IMG/VR virus record: IMGVR_UViG_3300043567_001092
Origin: an uncultured virus (IMG/VR IMGVR_UViG_3300043567_001092)
Taxonomy: Duplodnaviria > Heunggongvirae > Uroviricota > Caudoviricetes
Direction: 5' to 3' (one strand)
DNA: 62,719 nt
Shown: positions 38,336 to 47,682 of the stretch, in pieces
Layout of the letters: each line of letters opens with the position of its first letter
Position numbering within the stretch: the stretch's first letter is position 1
Notes under the pieces: generated by a model
The model's input: only the letters and a program-made list of their open reading frames with translations
What the model was told of the DNA's origin: nothing
Database searches by the model: none
Translations under genes and position numbers: made by a program

Positions 38336-38347
38336 TTTAATTATCCT

Positions 38348-40519
38348 TTAATATATCTCTCGCCATTGTAATCCAGCTGATATATTTGTGGCTTTTGTAT
38401 CAATATTTTTAACAATTATGACATAAACTTCCGAGTTAGTAGAATCAAAATTTTGCACTATATAGTTCTTTTTAGCCGAACTTGGAATTACTGCATTTGA
38501 ATCGCTTCCAGCCTTACTTCCGCCTTGTGACGCAGATGCTGCAAACCCAACGCTTAGTATGTCTGCATTTGTATATCCAGTCGCATTAGCTAGATATTCA
38601 ACGCCACTTTCAGAGTTAGTACTGGTCCACACTCCAGCTCCACCTGTTAAGTTAGACGCATTTTGTAATTTTGCTATAGAAAATTGAACGTTACCAGAAT
38701 CAGTGAAAACTGTAACTTGTCCTAGTCTAGCTAACATACGATTTAAATATGTTTTATAATTATTTTTCAATCTAATTGCTAATATTGGTAAAGTTTGACC
38801 TGTGCCCAAAAGTCTTGGTGTGGGACTTGCAAGCGCCCAATCAATTCCAGCCTCAACATATCCGCCTTCACTAACAACTGTACTACAAATTTGATCCATA
38901 TATGCACCAGTTGTAACTCCGGTGTTAAATATTTCGCAGCGAACTGGCAAATTTGGATTACTCATATAAACTGTAGTAAGATTATTTTCGCCATCAAAAT
39001 GATGCGCCTCAATATATTTACCCTCATGAGAAAACCCAACCCTGACTCTTCCCACGCCAAGCCATTGAAAATCTATAAAAAGCAACTGAGTTTTTGTAAT
39101 ATCTAAGTTTAAAGAACTAATTCCAGTTCCATCGCACTTGTCAACATTCCAATTTAACTGAGAAACTCTATTTTCATTGACGGCACCATTAATATAGCTT
39201 CTTAAGACAATATTTAAGGTTCCGTTTCCGGTTTGTTCAAAGTAAATTCCATTATTATCATCAAACAGCCCAGTTCTTTTTGTCACCCCTGAAGTACTTG
39301 AATAAAAATTAAAGGATGACATTATTAGCTGGCTTTTTCCTGGCATATAATGATGATAGCATTTGGTCTGGTGTATCGCCTTACTATTAACATCACTGCT
39401 GGTAGTCAATCTCGCGCATGCTTTATTTGATTGAAATGAAATAGTTCCACCATTTAATGTATAGTCTATGAAATTTGGGTCTATTCCGTAGAGATGTTTA
39501 TAGTCTCCAAGGGTATACGGCTCGCTCACTCTTTGTCTTGCAAAAGCATCTAGTGTGCCGACCCCAGGAGTTGTAAAAACAGATCCGGATACTACCCACG
39601 GATTTGTTCCTTGATTTGCAGTAACTGTTCCGTTTACAGTTTGAGTTGCCGGGAAATTACCAACATCAACTGTTCCGTTTACAGTTTGAGTTGCCGGGAA
39701 ATTACCAACATCAACTGTTCCGTTTACAGTTTGAGTTGCCGGGAAATTACCAACATCAACTGTTCCGTTTACTGTTTGTGTAGCTGGGAAATTACCAACA
39801 TCAACTGTTCCGTTTACTGTTTGTGTAGCTGGGAAATTACCAACATCAACTGTTCCGTTTACTGTTTGTGTAGCTGGGAAATTACCAACATCAACTGTTC
39901 CGTTTACTGTTTGTGTAGCTGGGAAATTACCAACATCAATGGAAGAGTTTAAAAAATATACGTCTAACCCAATATCAGTTCCAACAGTATGCGATGTTAA
40001 AAAATTGGTTCCGTCTCCAAGACGAACAGAATCATTTGTATGTGTAAGATCAACGTCTAGGCTAACTTCTGGCTTAATTGTAATATTTGCATCAACAGCA
40101 AGTCTATTAACTCCATTTTCATCTGCTACAAATTCTGCATACTGACCATATTTATCTACGAGGATTGATCTTTTTGCATTTATTGGATCTTCTGCATGAC
40201 TAGCTCTTTCAAAAATCTCCATTCCCATCGGATTTCTTTGTTGTTCCCAAGCAGTTAAGGTTCCGCCGGAGTACGAAGTAGGATTGGAAAATGTGGCCAT
40301 GTCTTTTCCAACTGGACCGACTTGAATCTGAGTGTCAGAGATAACTCTCTTAATTTCAAGCTCTAGTTGTTCTAAGCCTGTTTTATTTAAATATACCAAT
40401 TGTTTAGGATGTAATAATCCTTGAGTATCTGGTACTGTAATTATATGATTTGAAACTTGAATCGGATTGGCTAAAAATGTAGGCCACCGTCTATCAAACG
40501 ACGAAGTTAACTTGCTCAT
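38348..40519 (-). CDS. Virion protein with 15-aa repeat stalk and C-terminal beta-sandwich-like region
   Basis: 7 x DVGNFPATQTVNGTV. C-terminal DAFARQRVSEP..IDFQWLGVGRVR region typical of large-phage structural proteins. Late motif upstream. Confidence 0.65.
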   Translation of the reverse strand: MSKLTSSFDRRWPTFLANPIQVSNHIITVPDTQGLLHPKQLVYLNKTGLEQLELEIKRVISDTQIQVGPVGKDMATFSNPTSYSGGTLTAWEQQRNPMGMEIFERASHAEDPINAKRSILVDKYGQYAEFVADENGVNRLAVDANITIKPEVSLDVDLTHTNDSVRLGDGTNFLTSHTVGTDIGLDVYFLNSSIDVGNFPATQTVNGTVDVGNFPATQTVNGTVDVGNFPATQTVNGTVDVGNFPATQTVNGTVDVGNFPATQTVNGTVDVGNFPATQTVNGTVDVGNFPATQTVNGTVTANQGTNPWVVSGSVFTTPGVGTLDAFARQRVSEPYTLGDYKHLYGIDPNFIDYTLNGGTISFQSNKACARLTTSSDVNSKAIHQTKCYHHYMPGKSQLIMSSFNFYSSTSGVTKRTGLFDDNNGIYFEQTGNGTLNIVLRSYINGAVNENRVSQLNWNVDKCDGTGISSLNLDITKTQLLFIDFQWLGVGRVRVGFSHEGKYIEAHHFDGENNLTTVYMSNPNLPVRCEIFNTGVTTGAYMDQICSTVVSEGGYVEAGIDWALASPTPRLLGTGQTLPILAIRLKNNYKTYLNRMLARLGQVTVFTDSGNVQFSIAKLQNASNLTGGAGVWTSTNSESGVEYLANATGYTNADILSVGFAASASQGGSKAGSDSNAVIPSSAKKNYIVQNFDSTNSEVYVIIVKNIDTKATNISAGLQWREIY
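39623..39937 (-). repeat. 45-bp coding tandem repeat, 7 copies in two synonymous subtypes (4+3)
   Basis: Read directly from the sequence. Confidence 0.92.
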
Positions 40520-40595
40520 AATAAAATTTCCCCAACCCAATGAAATTATTCATTTATGCCCCACGGCATTACTAAACCAATGTCTAGCTAATTAA

Positions 40596-40603
40596 AGATT
40601 AGG
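40596..40603 (-). promoter_or_regulatory. Putative late promoter motif CCTAATCT
   Basis: Intergenic, upstream of 40519. Confidence 0.65.
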
Positions 40604-40643
40604 GTACTATTATTTTTTAATTTTAATTAATGTAATTAATGAT

Positions 40644-40841
40644 TTAAATGCGTTTTGAAGTCTGAATATATCTTTGCGCCTGTTCTTTGGTTTCTTTATA
40701 TAAAACATCAAATAACATACTGCCGAGATTTGAATATGATTTTGAATAAATACTATAGGATGGCATGTTGCAATATTTTGAATACAGCCTGCTTCTGAAA
40801 CTAGTAAGGTGTGCGCTCCCCAATGCTTCTCGTTTTTCCAT
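40644..40841 (-). CDS. MKKRxQ-family microprotein (dispersed)
   Basis: Starts MEKREAL. Confidence 0.7.
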   Translation of the reverse strand: MEKREALGSAHLTSFRSRLYSKYCNMPSYSIYSKSYSNLGSMLFDVLYKETKEQAQRYIQTSKRI

Positions 40842-40842
40842 C

Positions 40843-41034
40843 TTATTTGCCTATTTTTTCTTCATATAATTGTTGGTGAGTTTGATCTCTTAATTCGTAC
40901 CAGAGCGTGATGTCTTTTAATTGCTCCCAAATTTGGGCATACATTTGATCTGATATTGTGGAATGGAGCCACATATACAGTTCGTCCCTAAATCTCTCTC
41001 TTAGTTTATCCCGAAACTGCTCTCTTTTTCTCAT
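40843..41034 (-). CDS. MKKRxQ-family microprotein (dispersed)
   Basis: Starts MRKREQF, contains ELRDQ and WEQL. Confidence 0.8.
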   Translation of the reverse strand: MRKREQFRDKLRERFRDELYMWLHSTISDQMYAQIWEQLKDITLWYELRDQTHQQLYEEKIGK

Positions 41035-41226
41035 TTATGTATTTTTCTTTTGGGTTTCGTGACAGATTTGTTCACATATTTGATCAATCAATTCTGCATT
41101 GATTTCATATATTTCTTCCCAAGTCCCTTCTAAAACATTATCAATAACGTCACCATATACGTTTCTATCAATCATTTCATATAAATGATCTTTGATTTTT
41201 CTATATATCTGATGACGTTTTTTCAT
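41035..41226 (-). CDS. MKKRxQ-family microprotein (dispersed)
   Basis: Internal ATG at 41226 gives MKKRHQI. Confidence 0.78.
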   Translation of the reverse strand: MKKRHQIYRKIKDHLYEMIDRNVYGDVIDNVLEGTWEEIYEINAELIDQICEQICHETQKKNT

Positions 41227-41233
41227 TGTATGC

Positions 41234-42340
41234 CTACAATCTGATAACTTTGCCGAAATCGCCTGGTGGATTTTGTGACCCAACTCCTACCCAAATAAAG
41301 GGAATGCCTGGATTTGTCGGCGTGTCTGCGCAATCAAAATCACCGAAATATATAATAGCGTCACATTTTCTTTTTACGCATTCGTCAATTGCTGGTTGAT
41401 ATGCAGTTCCACCGCTACCAAATCTTTTTGTTAATACACCAGGTTTAGCTTTTCCACCTTTAATTACATCAACTTTTTGCACTTCAGAATCTGCGTGGAC
41501 TAAGTAAGTGATCGTAGTATTTTTTGCTATAGATGATATTTCATTTAAGAATGATGAGTAAGCTTCGTCCGAGATTGACCCTGACGAATCAGTACATACA
41601 CCAAGTATTAAATTTCTTTTCTTTTTCTTGCCTGGTTGATCTAGCTCAAATCTTCTGTGAGTTTTAAGGCGTGTGCTTTTAGTTTGGACGTCCCTAGCCG
41701 ATGAAACAAAGTTTCTTAAGAGCTGCTTCCAGCTAATTGTCGCTGGTTTATTTAAATTACCAATGATAGACTCTAATCCATTCGGAACAAGCCCACCAGA
41801 TGCCTTTATGGCTTGATTAACCTTGTCTTTAATAATCACTCTATCTAAATCGCCTTTTTCGCTTTCGTTCATTTCATCATGATCGCTCATCCACGATGCT
41901 ACTTCTTGCTTATCTGCTACTTCTGCCATTTCTTTGTAATAGTATTCCCAAGACTCTTTTGGCAAAAGTTTCTTCTTACACATTTCTTCTGCCCACGCAA
42001 GCGTAATGCAATCTGATGGTAAATCAGAAATGTGTTGGTTAATAGCGCAATCTTTTGCTATGTTTGTTAATTGATGATTAAGGATATCTCCAGCCCTATT
42101 GCCGATATGATCTAAAACCGCGTGTAAAACTTCGTGTTTTAACACAGCAATCTGTTGAGCATCGGTTAATGTTGCAAACCAGTCTGGATTTACTTTAAAG
42201 TAAAGCTCTTTGTTCTTAATACCTACGCAAGCTCTTTCAATTTTTGGATCATCATAAACGACTCTAGAGCCTAAAATAAAATTAGCATAGAATCGTTCGG
42301 TATTAATTAACGTAAAAATTGGCTTTTCTAGTAAACCCAT
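41234..42340 (-). CDS. Putative metallopeptidase plus vWA-like protein (DUF2201 type)
   Basis: HEVLH..NIAKDCAINQ, MIDAS-like DSSGS, GGT, YFGD. Confidence 0.88.
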   Translation of the reverse strand: MGLLEKPIFTLINTERFYANFILGSRVVYDDPKIERACVGIKNKELYFKVNPDWFATLTDAQQIAVLKHEVLHAVLDHIGNRAGDILNHQLTNIAKDCAINQHISDLPSDCITLAWAEEMCKKKLLPKESWEYYYKEMAEVADKQEVASWMSDHDEMNESEKGDLDRVIIKDKVNQAIKASGGLVPNGLESIIGNLNKPATISWKQLLRNFVSSARDVQTKSTRLKTHRRFELDQPGKKKKRNLILGVCTDSSGSISDEAYSSFLNEISSIAKNTTITYLVHADSEVQKVDVIKGGKAKPGVLTKRFGSGGTAYQPAIDECVKRKCDAIIYFGDFDCADTPTNPGIPFIWVGVGSQNPPGDFGKVIRL

Positions 42341-42363
42341 GGAAATCTCCTATTATAATAATA

Positions 42364-43422
42364 TTATGCTTTTTCAAACTGAGCTGCGTATTCGGGGTCA
42401 TTTAAGAGATCATTTTTTCCATGGAAATTGCCAAGTTTTCCTAATCCGACAAAGGCTTTCATAGCTAACTCAATTGGGATATCTAGTAGAAATTGCTTTA
42501 GATTATCAATAGACATATCTGCTGAAAGGAGGTGAGGGTTGCTCTCTAGTTTAGCAAATAATTCATCAATTGGCTGATTAAGAACATCCATGCGAACATT
42601 GCTAGCACTTGCCGTGATATCTAATACTTTATTTCTAGCAATTTTTTTGTAGTTTTTAAGAATGTCATTAAGGCTTAATCCTGTTTCTTGCTTAGCTTTG
42701 TGTGTTAATCTAGCCGCTGCTGCAACCGGCCCTACAATACCTGAATATAATTCATATCTTAGACTATCATCTAATCCTTCTTCTAAATCAAGGGCGCCAA
42801 CGCTTTCAAGCCAAGCTCTAGGGTCTCTTGTAACCATTGACATATCAAGTCTTCCGCCTTCTTTTGCAGTAAGATTTAACATCTCAGGTTGTTCACGAAT
42901 AAAAGAAGCAAGGCTAAATAATCCTCTGCTTTCTGCATAAACTAACCATTCTTCAGTTGTAGGAGTGAAATCAATATGACAGAAACGAGATAGCCAAGCT
43001 GAGTCGCTTGTATCTGTTGTAGTGAATCTTTCTGATTGGTAGTTTCCAGCAGCAGCGATACGCCAACCCGGAGGTAATTTGTGTGTATGAATAGTTCCAT
43101 TTTGCACAAAAGAATACATTGCTTGAATTACATCAGTCGGCGCTCTATTTAATTCATCTAAAAAGATAATTCCTTCACCCTCAGTAGGAAACCATTTAGG
43201 TTTTGCATGATAAACTTCGCCGTTTTCGCCTTTAACTAAGAGGCCAACTAAATCGCCCACATCTTGAGTAGCCGTGTGTAAAACTCTTAATTGTAAGTTG
43301 TTCTTTACGCAATACTGATTCCAAAACTGTGTCTTTCCAACACCTTGACTGCCCCAAAAGAATGGAACAATTCGGTTTTTTAATAGAAAAGGAATAGCTT
43401 TGTTGATTTCAGAAATATTCAT
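42364..43422 (-). CDS. MoxR-like AAA+ ATPase
   Basis: Walker A GSQGVGKT, Walker B IIFLDELNRA, AAGN, SRF. ATG at 43422 with GGAGG RBS. Confidence 0.9.
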   Translation of the reverse strand: MNISEINKAIPFLLKNRIVPFFWGSQGVGKTQFWNQYCVKNNLQLRVLHTATQDVGDLVGLLVKGENGEVYHAKPKWFPTEGEGIIFLDELNRAPTDVIQAMYSFVQNGTIHTHKLPPGWRIAAAGNYQSERFTTTDTSDSAWLSRFCHIDFTPTTEEWLVYAESRGLFSLASFIREQPEMLNLTAKEGGRLDMSMVTRDPRAWLESVGALDLEEGLDDSLRYELYSGIVGPVAAAARLTHKAKQETGLSLNDILKNYKKIARNKVLDITASASNVRMDVLNQPIDELFAKLESNPHLLSADMSIDNLKQFLLDIPIELAMKAFVGLGKLGNFHGKNDLLNDPEYAAQFEKA

Positions 43423-43441
43423 CTGGACCTCCGTTTCAATT

Positions 43442-43470
43442 ATCATAACATTTTATTTTCGGTACGTCAA
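43442..43470 (-). promoter_or_regulatory. Sigma70-type promoter for the AAA/vWA operon
   Basis: TTGACG-17bp-TATGAT on the minus strand. Confidence 0.7.
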
Positions 43471-43484
43471 CCTAAAAAAACTTA

Positions 43485-43512
43485 TTGCAAATTGTTTTAT
43501 TTGTGCTACATT
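43485..43512 (+). promoter_or_regulatory. Divergent sigma70-type promoter for the DUF6745-like operon
   Basis: TTGCAA-16bp-TACATT with extended TG. Confidence 0.5.
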
Positions 43513-43545
43513 TAATATGTACCATTTAACAAAAAGGAGCATAAA

Positions 43546-44172
43546 ATGGATAACAAAATTACTGAACTTACCCCAGAACAAGAAGCGTTATTTCCAGCTT
43601 ATTTGGAAAAATTCAGAAATATCGGCCTATCAACTACTCCAACAAATAGACAAAAGGCTGAAGAGGCTTTAACAAAAGCTTATGCTTATTTATCTAAAAC
43701 TGATCCTAATTTATGCGTTCCAAATCCAGAAATCATCTGGGCAGAAAGCCCAATGGCAGGCGCAGTTCTTGCTGCTCAACACGCTAAAGGCGATCTTAAC
43801 GTAACAGATTCAGAAGTGCAAGATCAAGCTTGGCGAGCTTCTTATGGTTCATTCGAGGCATACTGGGTGAGTACTTATTCATTTATCTGCAATGAGCTTC
43901 CAGTAGAAAAAGACGAGCTTATCGACATCGTTATGGAAATCATCAATGAGTGCGGCGTGTACTGGACATATAAAGATTTGGTTATCCTTACTCCAAAGCC
44001 AACTTTTATCGGAATGAAAGACGGAAAATTACACAACTCTAAAGGGCTAGCTTTAGCATATCCAGATGGAAACGGAATCTATGCTGTAAATGGTTCTAGA
44101 AAAAACTCTTTAATTGAAGCTACGTTAGAACAAAGAGCTAACAGCTTAATTGGTTCAACTTCAGAAGATTAA
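43546..44172 (+). CDS. DUF6745-like protein
   Basis: ITELTPEQEA..IGLST.P.NR.KAE..IIWAESP..YW..KP..GKLH....AL.YPDG..IYA.NG matches my recollection of DUF6745. Confidence 0.7.
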   Translation: MDNKITELTPEQEALFPAYLEKFRNIGLSTTPTNRQKAEEALTKAYAYLSKTDPNLCVPNPEIIWAESPMAGAVLAAQHAKGDLNVTDSEVQDQAWRASYGSFEAYWVSTYSFICNELPVEKDELIDIVMEIINECGVYWTYKDLVILTPKPTFIGMKDGKLHNSKGLALAYPDGNGIYAVNGSRKNSLIEATLEQRANSLIGSTSED

Positions 44173-44195
44173 AATAAACACGTATGAGGGTCGCC

Positions 44196-44387
44196 ATGAG
44201 GCAAAGAGATCAGATAAATAGAATAAGCAACAAGTATTTTGATCATATTGACGGCGACCTTTATAATGAAAATTTTCATTTAATATCAGATTATCTCCAA
44301 TACATTTTATACATTGAGCGCTCACCAGTCGATAACATTGTTGACGAGCTATCCACATATATTGAGACTATGAATTTGGGGAATTGA
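44196..44387 (+). CDS. MKKRxQ-family microprotein (array 2)
   Basis: ATG at 44196 gives MRQRDQI. Confidence 0.78.
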   Translation: MRQRDQINRISNKYFDHIDGDLYNENFHLISDYLQYILYIERSPVDNIVDELSTYIETMNLGN

Positions 44388-44392
44388 TTTAA

Positions 44393-44590
44393 ATGAAAAA
44401 ACGCAAGCAGATAGACGGAATCCTTTTTACGATTATTGAAAACAATCTTTACCATCAGGTATACTACGATGTCAATTCAAAAAATCGAGAAAAGATCTAT
44501 ACAGGAATTTACGAACTGCTTATGGATGAACTAAATGTTAAGTTAATAAATATTATTAACGATTTTATTAAATCGAGAAGAGCATCATGA
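44393..44590 (+). CDS. MKKRxQ-family microprotein (array 2)
   Basis: Starts MKKRKQI. Confidence 0.8.
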   Translation: MKKRKQIDGILFTIIENNLYHQVYYDVNSKNREKIYTGIYELLMDELNVKLINIINDFIKSRRAS

Positions 44591-44784
44591 AAAAAAGGGT
44601 TCAGATACCTGATTTTTTAAATGAAAACATATGCGATCATCTTAGATATAGCATATATGTTCAAGTTGATGATACTATTTGGCGTGTAATACTATCTGAA
44701 CTATATATAAAACTTCATGATAAGCTTAACAATACGTTAATTAATGAAACCTGGGATTATATTAAAATGGGGCCAAAAATATGA
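44587..44784 (+). CDS. MKKRxQ-family microprotein (array 2)
   Basis: Starts MKKRVQI. Confidence 0.8.
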   Translation: MKKRVQIPDFLNENICDHLRYSIYVQVDDTIWRVILSELYIKLHDKLNNTLINETWDYIKMGPKI

Positions 44785-44987
44785 AAAAGCGCATCCAATT
44801 TAATGATCCTCTATATAATATATTCTATCCTAAAATTAGAGATAGAGTTAGGCTTGAAATAAAATATAAAACTTTTGAAAAGATAAGCAAGAGACTCACT
44901 GGTGAGCTTAATTCGCAATTCTGGGGCCAAATTGGATATCAGATTGGTAAATACATCGAGGATAGGAGTTCAAGTGAGAAGGCGTGA
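44781..44987 (+). CDS. MKKRxQ-family microprotein (array 2)
   Basis: Starts MKKRIQF, contains SQFWGQIGYQI. Confidence 0.8.
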   Translation: MKKRIQFNDPLYNIFYPKIRDRVRLEIKYKTFEKISKRLTGELNSQFWGQIGYQIGKYIEDRSSSEKA

Positions 44988-45156
44988 GCAGATTACTGAT
45001 CAGCTTAGGGATAATGTTTGGGAATCTTTAAACGGGCAGCTCCAATATCAAATTGAACCAGATATCTATAATAGGCTGCATGACGTTCTGTGCGAAGAAA
45101 AGAGATACAGACTCATAAGCCAATTATATTTATATTTAAGGACTAGGGTTAACTAA
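44974..45156 (+). CDS. MKKRxQ-family microprotein (array 2)
   Basis: GTG at 44974 with AGGAG RBS gives MRRREQI. Confidence 0.78.
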   Translation: MRRREQITDQLRDNVWESLNGQLQYQIEPDIYNRLHDVLCEEKRYRLISQLYLYLRTRVN

Positions 45157-45360
45157 ATGAGGAAACGAGAACAAATCACTAGTCAATTTTCATATCAACT
45201 TTGGGATAGACTTAGAGATGACATATACGTGCAACTGTATTCCTCATTTAATGAGGACATACACAATAAACTCAGGGACAATCTTTGGCTTGAGCTGCAA
45301 ATATTATTGTACGATAGAACGTATAGCTATTTGCAAAACTATATAGGCAAGAAGCAATGA
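45157..45360 (+). CDS. MKKRxQ-family microprotein (array 2)
   Basis: Starts MRKREQI. Confidence 0.8.
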   Translation: MRKREQITSQFSYQLWDRLRDDIYVQLYSSFNEDIHNKLRDNLWLELQILLYDRTYSYLQNYIGKKQ

Positions 45361-45533
45361 AGAAGAATAAAATTATAGAATTTAAATTAAGAGTTAGATT
45401 AAAAGAACAAATCACAAAATCTTGTGGTTCAGATTGTATCAGCACGTCAAGAAAAAAGCTAAGAGAATTATCATCTTACGACTTATATAAAGCGGCTGTT
45501 GGAGAAATTGTCTCTGCTTCTGTGTCAAAATAA
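45357..45533 (+). CDS. Divergent MKKRxQ-like microprotein (58 aa, below track cutoff)
   Basis: Starts MKKNKII, ATGA overlap, same length class. Confidence 0.55.
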   Translation: MKKNKIIEFKLRVRLKEQITKSCGSDCISTSRKKLRELSSYDLYKAAVGEIVSASVSK

Positions 45534-45552
45534 ATATTTTTTAATATTTTTC

Positions 45553-45581
45553 TTGCTTTTAATATCAGATATTGGTAATCT
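45553..45581 (+). promoter_or_regulatory. Sigma70-type promoter
   Basis: TTGCTT-17bp-TAATCT with extended TG, followed by a GGAGG RBS. Confidence 0.5.
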
Positions 45582-45599
45582 AGGTTTATTGGAGGCGTT

Positions 45600-45989
45600 A
45601 TGAAATTCAAAGCCGGAGATAGATTTATAGTTAAGGCAAGCGAGTCTGATTTAGGAGCCACTGGAAAAATAACTGGAATTGGGTTTAATTCTATACGCCA
45701 ATCTGACGAATATAGATATGTTTGGGACCAGCAATTCGGCGGTTCTACTGGGAGCTGTGATACAGAAGTTGGGGATTCTATGTGGGACATTATTGCGGCA
45801 GATATCCACACACATACATACACACATGTTTACACAATTCCTGAAGACAATTATACAATTTCAGTTGGAAACATCGTTTGGAACAATCCTACTTCCAACT
45901 CTACAAATTGTTCCCACGAATATAAAATGTATAATGGATTTACTGAAAGTTATGAATTTTGCATTAAATGCGATAAAAGAAAGATCTAG
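45600..45989 (+). CDS. Hypothetical protein, SH3/KOW-like start and C-terminal Cys/His zinc-ribbon-like motif
   Basis: MKFKAGDR.., CSH..CIKC. Confidence 0.6.
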   Translation: MKFKAGDRFIVKASESDLGATGKITGIGFNSIRQSDEYRYVWDQQFGGSTGSCDTEVGDSMWDIIAADIHTHTYTHVYTIPEDNYTISVGNIVWNNPTSNSTNCSHEYKMYNGFTESYEFCIKCDKRKI

Positions 45990-45993
45990 TAAT

Positions 45994-46212
45994 ATGAGGA
46001 AAAGAGAGCAGCCTAATAATTTGTTTTTTAACCAACTTGTCATAAAGCTTAGGGATCAAGCTGAAAACCAACTTTGTGATAATTTAAGTTATCAACTACA
46101 TGATAATCTTAAGCTTTACAAGATTTGTGAACAGTTTCGCAATACAGCTCTTAATATTATTCGTACACAATCATTAAATGATATTGATAATAAATTAAAA
46201 AGAAAGGTTTAA
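45994..46212 (+). CDS. MKKRxQ-family microprotein (dispersed)
   Basis: ATG at 45994 gives MRKREQP, contains LRDQAENQLCDNLSYQL. Confidence 0.8.
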   Translation: MRKREQPNNLFFNQLVIKLRDQAENQLCDNLSYQLHDNLKLYKICEQFRNTALNIIRTQSLNDIDNKLKRKV

Positions 46213-46213
46213 C

Positions 46214-46561
46214 ATGGAAAATCTATATCTAGACAAAGAGGCTTTTCTTGAAGATGAATATGTGTCTGAGGTTGTAATCATTGACACGTTACCTGGCGGA
46301 TTTAACCAGAGATCTGAATTATTGCCTGAGCCAATTGAAATTTTGAAATTTGAGAAAGTTAGCAGCAAGTTATCTTTGGAAAGAAAAGTAAGACTATCTG
46401 CAAATTATATTACTGCAGAGGAGGGTCTTAAAATGATCCAAAAAAGTGAGAGACTACACGCCAAATCTAATAGAAAATGTACTTCTTGTGGAGGATACGT
46501 CCCAAAAGAAAATTTTAGTAGATGCAATACTTGCGTTAAATTAAAAAATGTGGTAGACTAA
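46214..46561 (+). CDS. Hypothetical protein with C-terminal CxxC..CxxC zinc ribbon
   Basis: CTSC..CNTC. Confidence 0.65.
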   Translation: MENLYLDKEAFLEDEYVSEVVIIDTLPGGFNQRSELLPEPIEILKFEKVSSKLSLERKVRLSANYITAEEGLKMIQKSERLHAKSNRKCTSCGGYVPKENFSRCNTCVKLKNVVD

Positions 46562-46583
46562 TTAGATAAAATAGGTAGTTAAT

Positions 46584-46805
46584 ATGAAGAAACGTAAGCA
46601 AATATCAGATCATATAAGTAATGATTTAAAGTTTGAGCTTTTTGATAGGCTTGAAGAGCAGGTTGATGGTGAACTTTTTGATCAAATTGATGAGGAACTT
46701 TTTGAGTACGTTACAGGTGGAAGCTACATTGACATAGATGTAAACTTAATAAAAGAACAGTTGTTTTCTCATATTGAAAATATAAATGGCCGAAAGGTTG
46801 GTTAA
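46584..46805 (+). CDS. MKKRxQ-family microprotein (dispersed)
   Basis: Starts MKKRKQI. Confidence 0.8.
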   Translation: MKKRKQISDHISNDLKFELFDRLEEQVDGELFDQIDEELFEYVTGGSYIDIDVNLIKEQLFSHIENINGRKVG

Positions 46806-46806
46806 A

Positions 46807-47013
46807 ATGAAAAAACGAGAAGGAATGAAGATTTTGCCGAAAGATCAAATTAGTCCTGAAGTTTGGGATAGAATCGTTAGCCAGCTTGAGAATCGTCTTA
46901 ACGGCCAAAATAAAGCCATAGAGGCGCCAAAAAAAGAAGGCTTTGTAAGATTTCTTAAATATAAGACATACTTTAATGCAATTAAAAATCTATTTAATAA
47001 GAAGGGCGGTTAA
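46807..47013 (+). CDS. MKKRxQ-family microprotein (dispersed, divergent C-terminus)
   Basis: ATG at 46807 gives MKKREGM, contains VWDRIVSQLENRL. Confidence 0.7.
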   Translation: MKKREGMKILPKDQISPEVWDRIVSQLENRLNGQNKAIEAPKKEGFVRFLKYKTYFNAIKNLFNKKGG

Positions 47014-47014
47014 G

Positions 47015-47257
47015 ATGTCTAAGTTGTTTAAGGCTGCTATGAATCTTGTGTGGTACAATGTTAAGACGGAACAAATTGTGACCGGACCTTGCCTTACTAA
47101 TGATTTAAATGTAACATTTCTTGAGGTTGAGCAAGGGCAATACATTTCCGCAAGGCACTTTAATAAAGAAGACTGGGAACTTATTGGGGATTTGGATTCA
47201 TCTTTATCTGAATCATCAACTCAACAAGCTTTAAAATTACGCAATTATATGAGGTAA
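47015..47257 (+). CDS. Hypothetical protein
   Basis: ATG at 47015 follows the upstream stop. Confidence 0.6.
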   Translation: MSKLFKAAMNLVWYNVKTEQIVTGPCLTNDLNVTFLEVEQGQYISARHFNKEDWELIGDLDSSLSESSTQQALKLRNYMR

Positions 47258-47259
47258 TT

Positions 47260-47454
47260 ATGTTTGAGATTATCGGCGCCCTAATAATAGCTTGCAATAA
47301 CTTACAGGCAGTTAATGTTGTGGGTAAGGACGCATCTGTATTTTTAGCTATGAAAAAAGCTGAATGTTCTGAAAGAGTTATAAACTGTATGTATAGCGAG
47401 CTTGTTATTGATAAGAAATTAATTATTAAATGTTCTAAAGAAGTTAAACTATAG
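47260..47454 (+). CDS. Small 4-Cys protein with hydrophobic N-terminus
   Basis: GAGGT RBS, C..CxxxxxNC..CS pattern. Confidence 0.6.
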   Translation: MFEIIGALIIACNNLQAVNVVGKDASVFLAMKKAECSERVINCMYSELVIDKKLIIKCSKEVKL

Positions 47455-47463
47455 GAGTCATAA

Positions 47464-47682
47464 ATGATTACAATAGGCGAATCAGAACTAGCACAGATTA
47501 GACGACTATCATTGAATACGTTTCAAAAAAATTCCAATTTTCCTAAAGAGAGCAAAGATTTGCAATTGTTTTTATTATTAAGTGGCCTAGAAGAATTTTT
47601 AACTTCTAAGGGAATTGAGCCAAACTTTGAGGTATGTTATACTAAAGAGGGCTCTGAGTACCAATCTCCGGTGGAGGAATAA
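47464..47682 (+). CDS. Hypothetical protein
   Basis: AGGAG RBS. Confidence 0.6.
   Translation: MITIGESELAQIRRLSLNTFQKNSNFPKESKDLQLFLLLSGLEEFLTSKGIEPNFEVCYTKEGSEYQSPVEE

Noticed and set aside
45806..45835. CA-rich microsatellite-like run (HTHTYTHVYT)
   Set aside because: Short and imperfect, with no evidence of a phase-variation role.
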